From a virus (Duplodnaviria; Caudoviricetes): 24,412 nucleotides of DNA. Position numbers and translations under genes: made by a program. Of this stretch, positions 23,240-24,412 are shown piece by piece (within the stretch, counting starts at the first letter, position 1; each line of letters opens with the position of its first letter). The notes under the pieces were generated by a model, which ran no database searches, was not told the DNA's origin, and saw only the letters and a program-made list of their open reading frames with translations. The DNA lies in IMG/VR virus record IMGVR_UViG_3300008252_000011, positions 1 to 24,412 of that record; one strand, written 5' to 3'.

Positions 23240-24179
23240 GGTGGGTGTAGCGCTTGAGCTGGGTAAGGGTTTTGTGTCCGGTGATGGCAGCGACCTCCAT
23301 CATGTTCAGCCCACGCTCAAACAGACGGCTTGTCGCTTCGTGGCGCAGGTCGTGAAGGGTCAGACCGGAAACGCCTGCATCTGCGCAGGCTTTCGGGAAC
23401 CAGCTGCTTACCGAGTTCGGCGCGATAGAGAACACCTTTCCATCGATCCGCGGCGGCAGGCTGGCCAGCAGATCCCGCGCCAGCACTGACAACGGCACCA
23501 ATCGCCGGTCGCCGTTCTTCGTATCTTCCAGGTGTGCCACCTTGCCCCGGATCTGATCCCGGCGCAGGGTCAGCAACTCGCTACGGCGCATCGCAGTCTC
23601 TACTGCCAGATCAATGATGATCGGCAGCTCACGATGGTATTTCAGCGCAGCCTCTTTGATTGCCGTCAGCTCTTGAGCTGTCGGGCGACGGTCGCGGGCC
23701 TTGCCGGGTTTCGGCATGCGCAGACTGGCACAGGGGTTCGTGATCCCCTGAATGCCCCATTCCTTAATCGCGATGGTGTACAGGTGGCTGATGATCGCCA
23801 GGTTGAGCCGAACGGTTGAACCTGACTTGCCGGCCTGCAACTCATCGTCCCGCCATGCAGCCAGGTCGGAAGATCGCAGGGTTGCGAGTGACTTCGCCGC
23901 CAGCGGATGCTCCAGCCAGCGATCAATCCGGGTGCTCTCCTGCTTTGCCCCCTTCTTGTAATCAGTCACCTCTCGGCGGTACCGGCGCAAGGCGTCGGCA
24001 ACTGAGGTCTGCTCGGCCTCTCGGATATCAACGAAACGCGCGCGCGACATATCACCCTCGATCTCGGTCGCCCAGCGCTGGGCTTCCGCCTTGGTGTCGA
24101 ATGTCGCGGAGATGGTCGGGTAACCCTTGCGGCGCACCTGTGCACGCCATGAGTCGCCCCGTTTTTCGAAGTAGGCCAT
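23205..24179 (-). CDS. int: Tyrosine integrase (Rci/HP1-like)
   Basis: N-terminal WRAQVRRKGY arm-binding domain; AMRRSEL, TKNG, HDLRHEA, ITGH and RYTH motifs; next to the tRNA. Confidence 0.95.
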   Translation of the reverse strand: MAYFEKRGDSWRAQVRRKGYPTISATFDTKAEAQRWATEIEGDMSRARFVDIREAEQTSVADALRRYRREVTDYKKGAKQESTRIDRWLEHPLAAKSLATLRSSDLAAWRDDELQAGKSGSTVRLNLAIISHLYTIAIKEWGIQGITNPCASLRMPKPGKARDRRPTAQELTAIKEAALKYHRELPIIIDLAVETAMRRSELLTLRRDQIRGKVAHLEDTKNGDRRLVPLSVLARDLLASLPPRIDGKVFSIAPNSVSSWFPKACADAGVSGLTLHDLRHEATSRLFERGLNMMEVAAITGHKTLTQLKRYTHLSPHDLADKLG

Positions 24180-24262
24180 GGGTGTACTTTATCCGCCGTT
24201 GGGGGAATCCGCTACACCGCTTTCCGGCACCCATTCCCCCATAGCTCCCCCAAACGCCACTG

Positions 24263-24303
24263 AAAACAAAAAGGGCCTGCATGAGAAAATCACGCAAGCC
24301 CTT
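24263..24303 (-). terminator. Intrinsic terminator after the tRNA
   Basis: Minus strand AAGGGCTTGCGTGA-ttttc-TCATGCAGGCCCTT-TTTGTTTT. Confidence 0.85.
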
Positions 24304-24309
24304 GATTTG

Positions 24310-24399
24310 TGGCGGAGAGTCAGGGATTCGAACCCTGGGTACGGTTGCCCGTACAACGGATTTCGAATCCGTCCCATTCGACCACTCTGGCAACTCTCC
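24310..24399 (-). tRNA. tRNA-Ser (anticodon CGA); probable integration site
   Basis: GGAGAGT acceptor stem, ACGGA-TTCGAAA-TCCGT anticodon arm, long variable arm, GGTTCGAATCC T-loop, encoded CCA; 90 nt. Confidence 0.97.
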
Positions 24400-24412
24400 A
24401 AGTCGGCGCGCA

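Larger units (their letters stand above)
1..24309. mobile_element. Lambdoid temperate prophage (partial; continues beyond left edge)
   Basis: Contiguous integrase, xis-like gene, early genes, cI/cro, replication, antiterminator, holin, HNH, terminase, capsid and portal, abutting a tRNA 3' end. Confidence 0.97.

Noticed and set aside
24052-24401. ORFs overlapping the tRNA
   Set aside because: Spurious translations of tRNA and terminator sequence.

Overview
The window is one arm of a lambdoid temperate prophage; its sequence style and gene families suggest a Pseudomonas-like host (inference). It is integrated next to the 3' end of a tRNA-Ser(CGA) at the right edge. From the right: tRNA and tyrosine integrase (-); a long early pL operon (+) with a highly structured leader, a C4/CI-like RNA, a LuxR-type regulator, a DUF4406-like gene, a Dam-type methylase, many small genes and an excisionase-like gene; the immunity region (cI/cro, five 17-bp operators, and a cI-linked accessory cassette); and the pR/late operon (-) with Rha-KilAC antirepressor, O/P-type replication genes and iterons, a second tyrosine recombinase, a Q/AlpA-like antiterminator, holin, HNH, terminase, a protease-capsid fusion and the start of the portal gene. 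The strongest leads are: (1) a translationally coupled cassette of two membrane proteins and a Zn-motif protein in the rexAB position, faced by a convergent gene; (2) several early genes each bracketed exactly by its own 12-15 bp direct repeat; (3) a structured RNA array in the pL leader with a perfect boxA but no recognisable N gene; (4) an arm-less second tyrosine recombinase. All family assignments come from motif recognition, not database searches.
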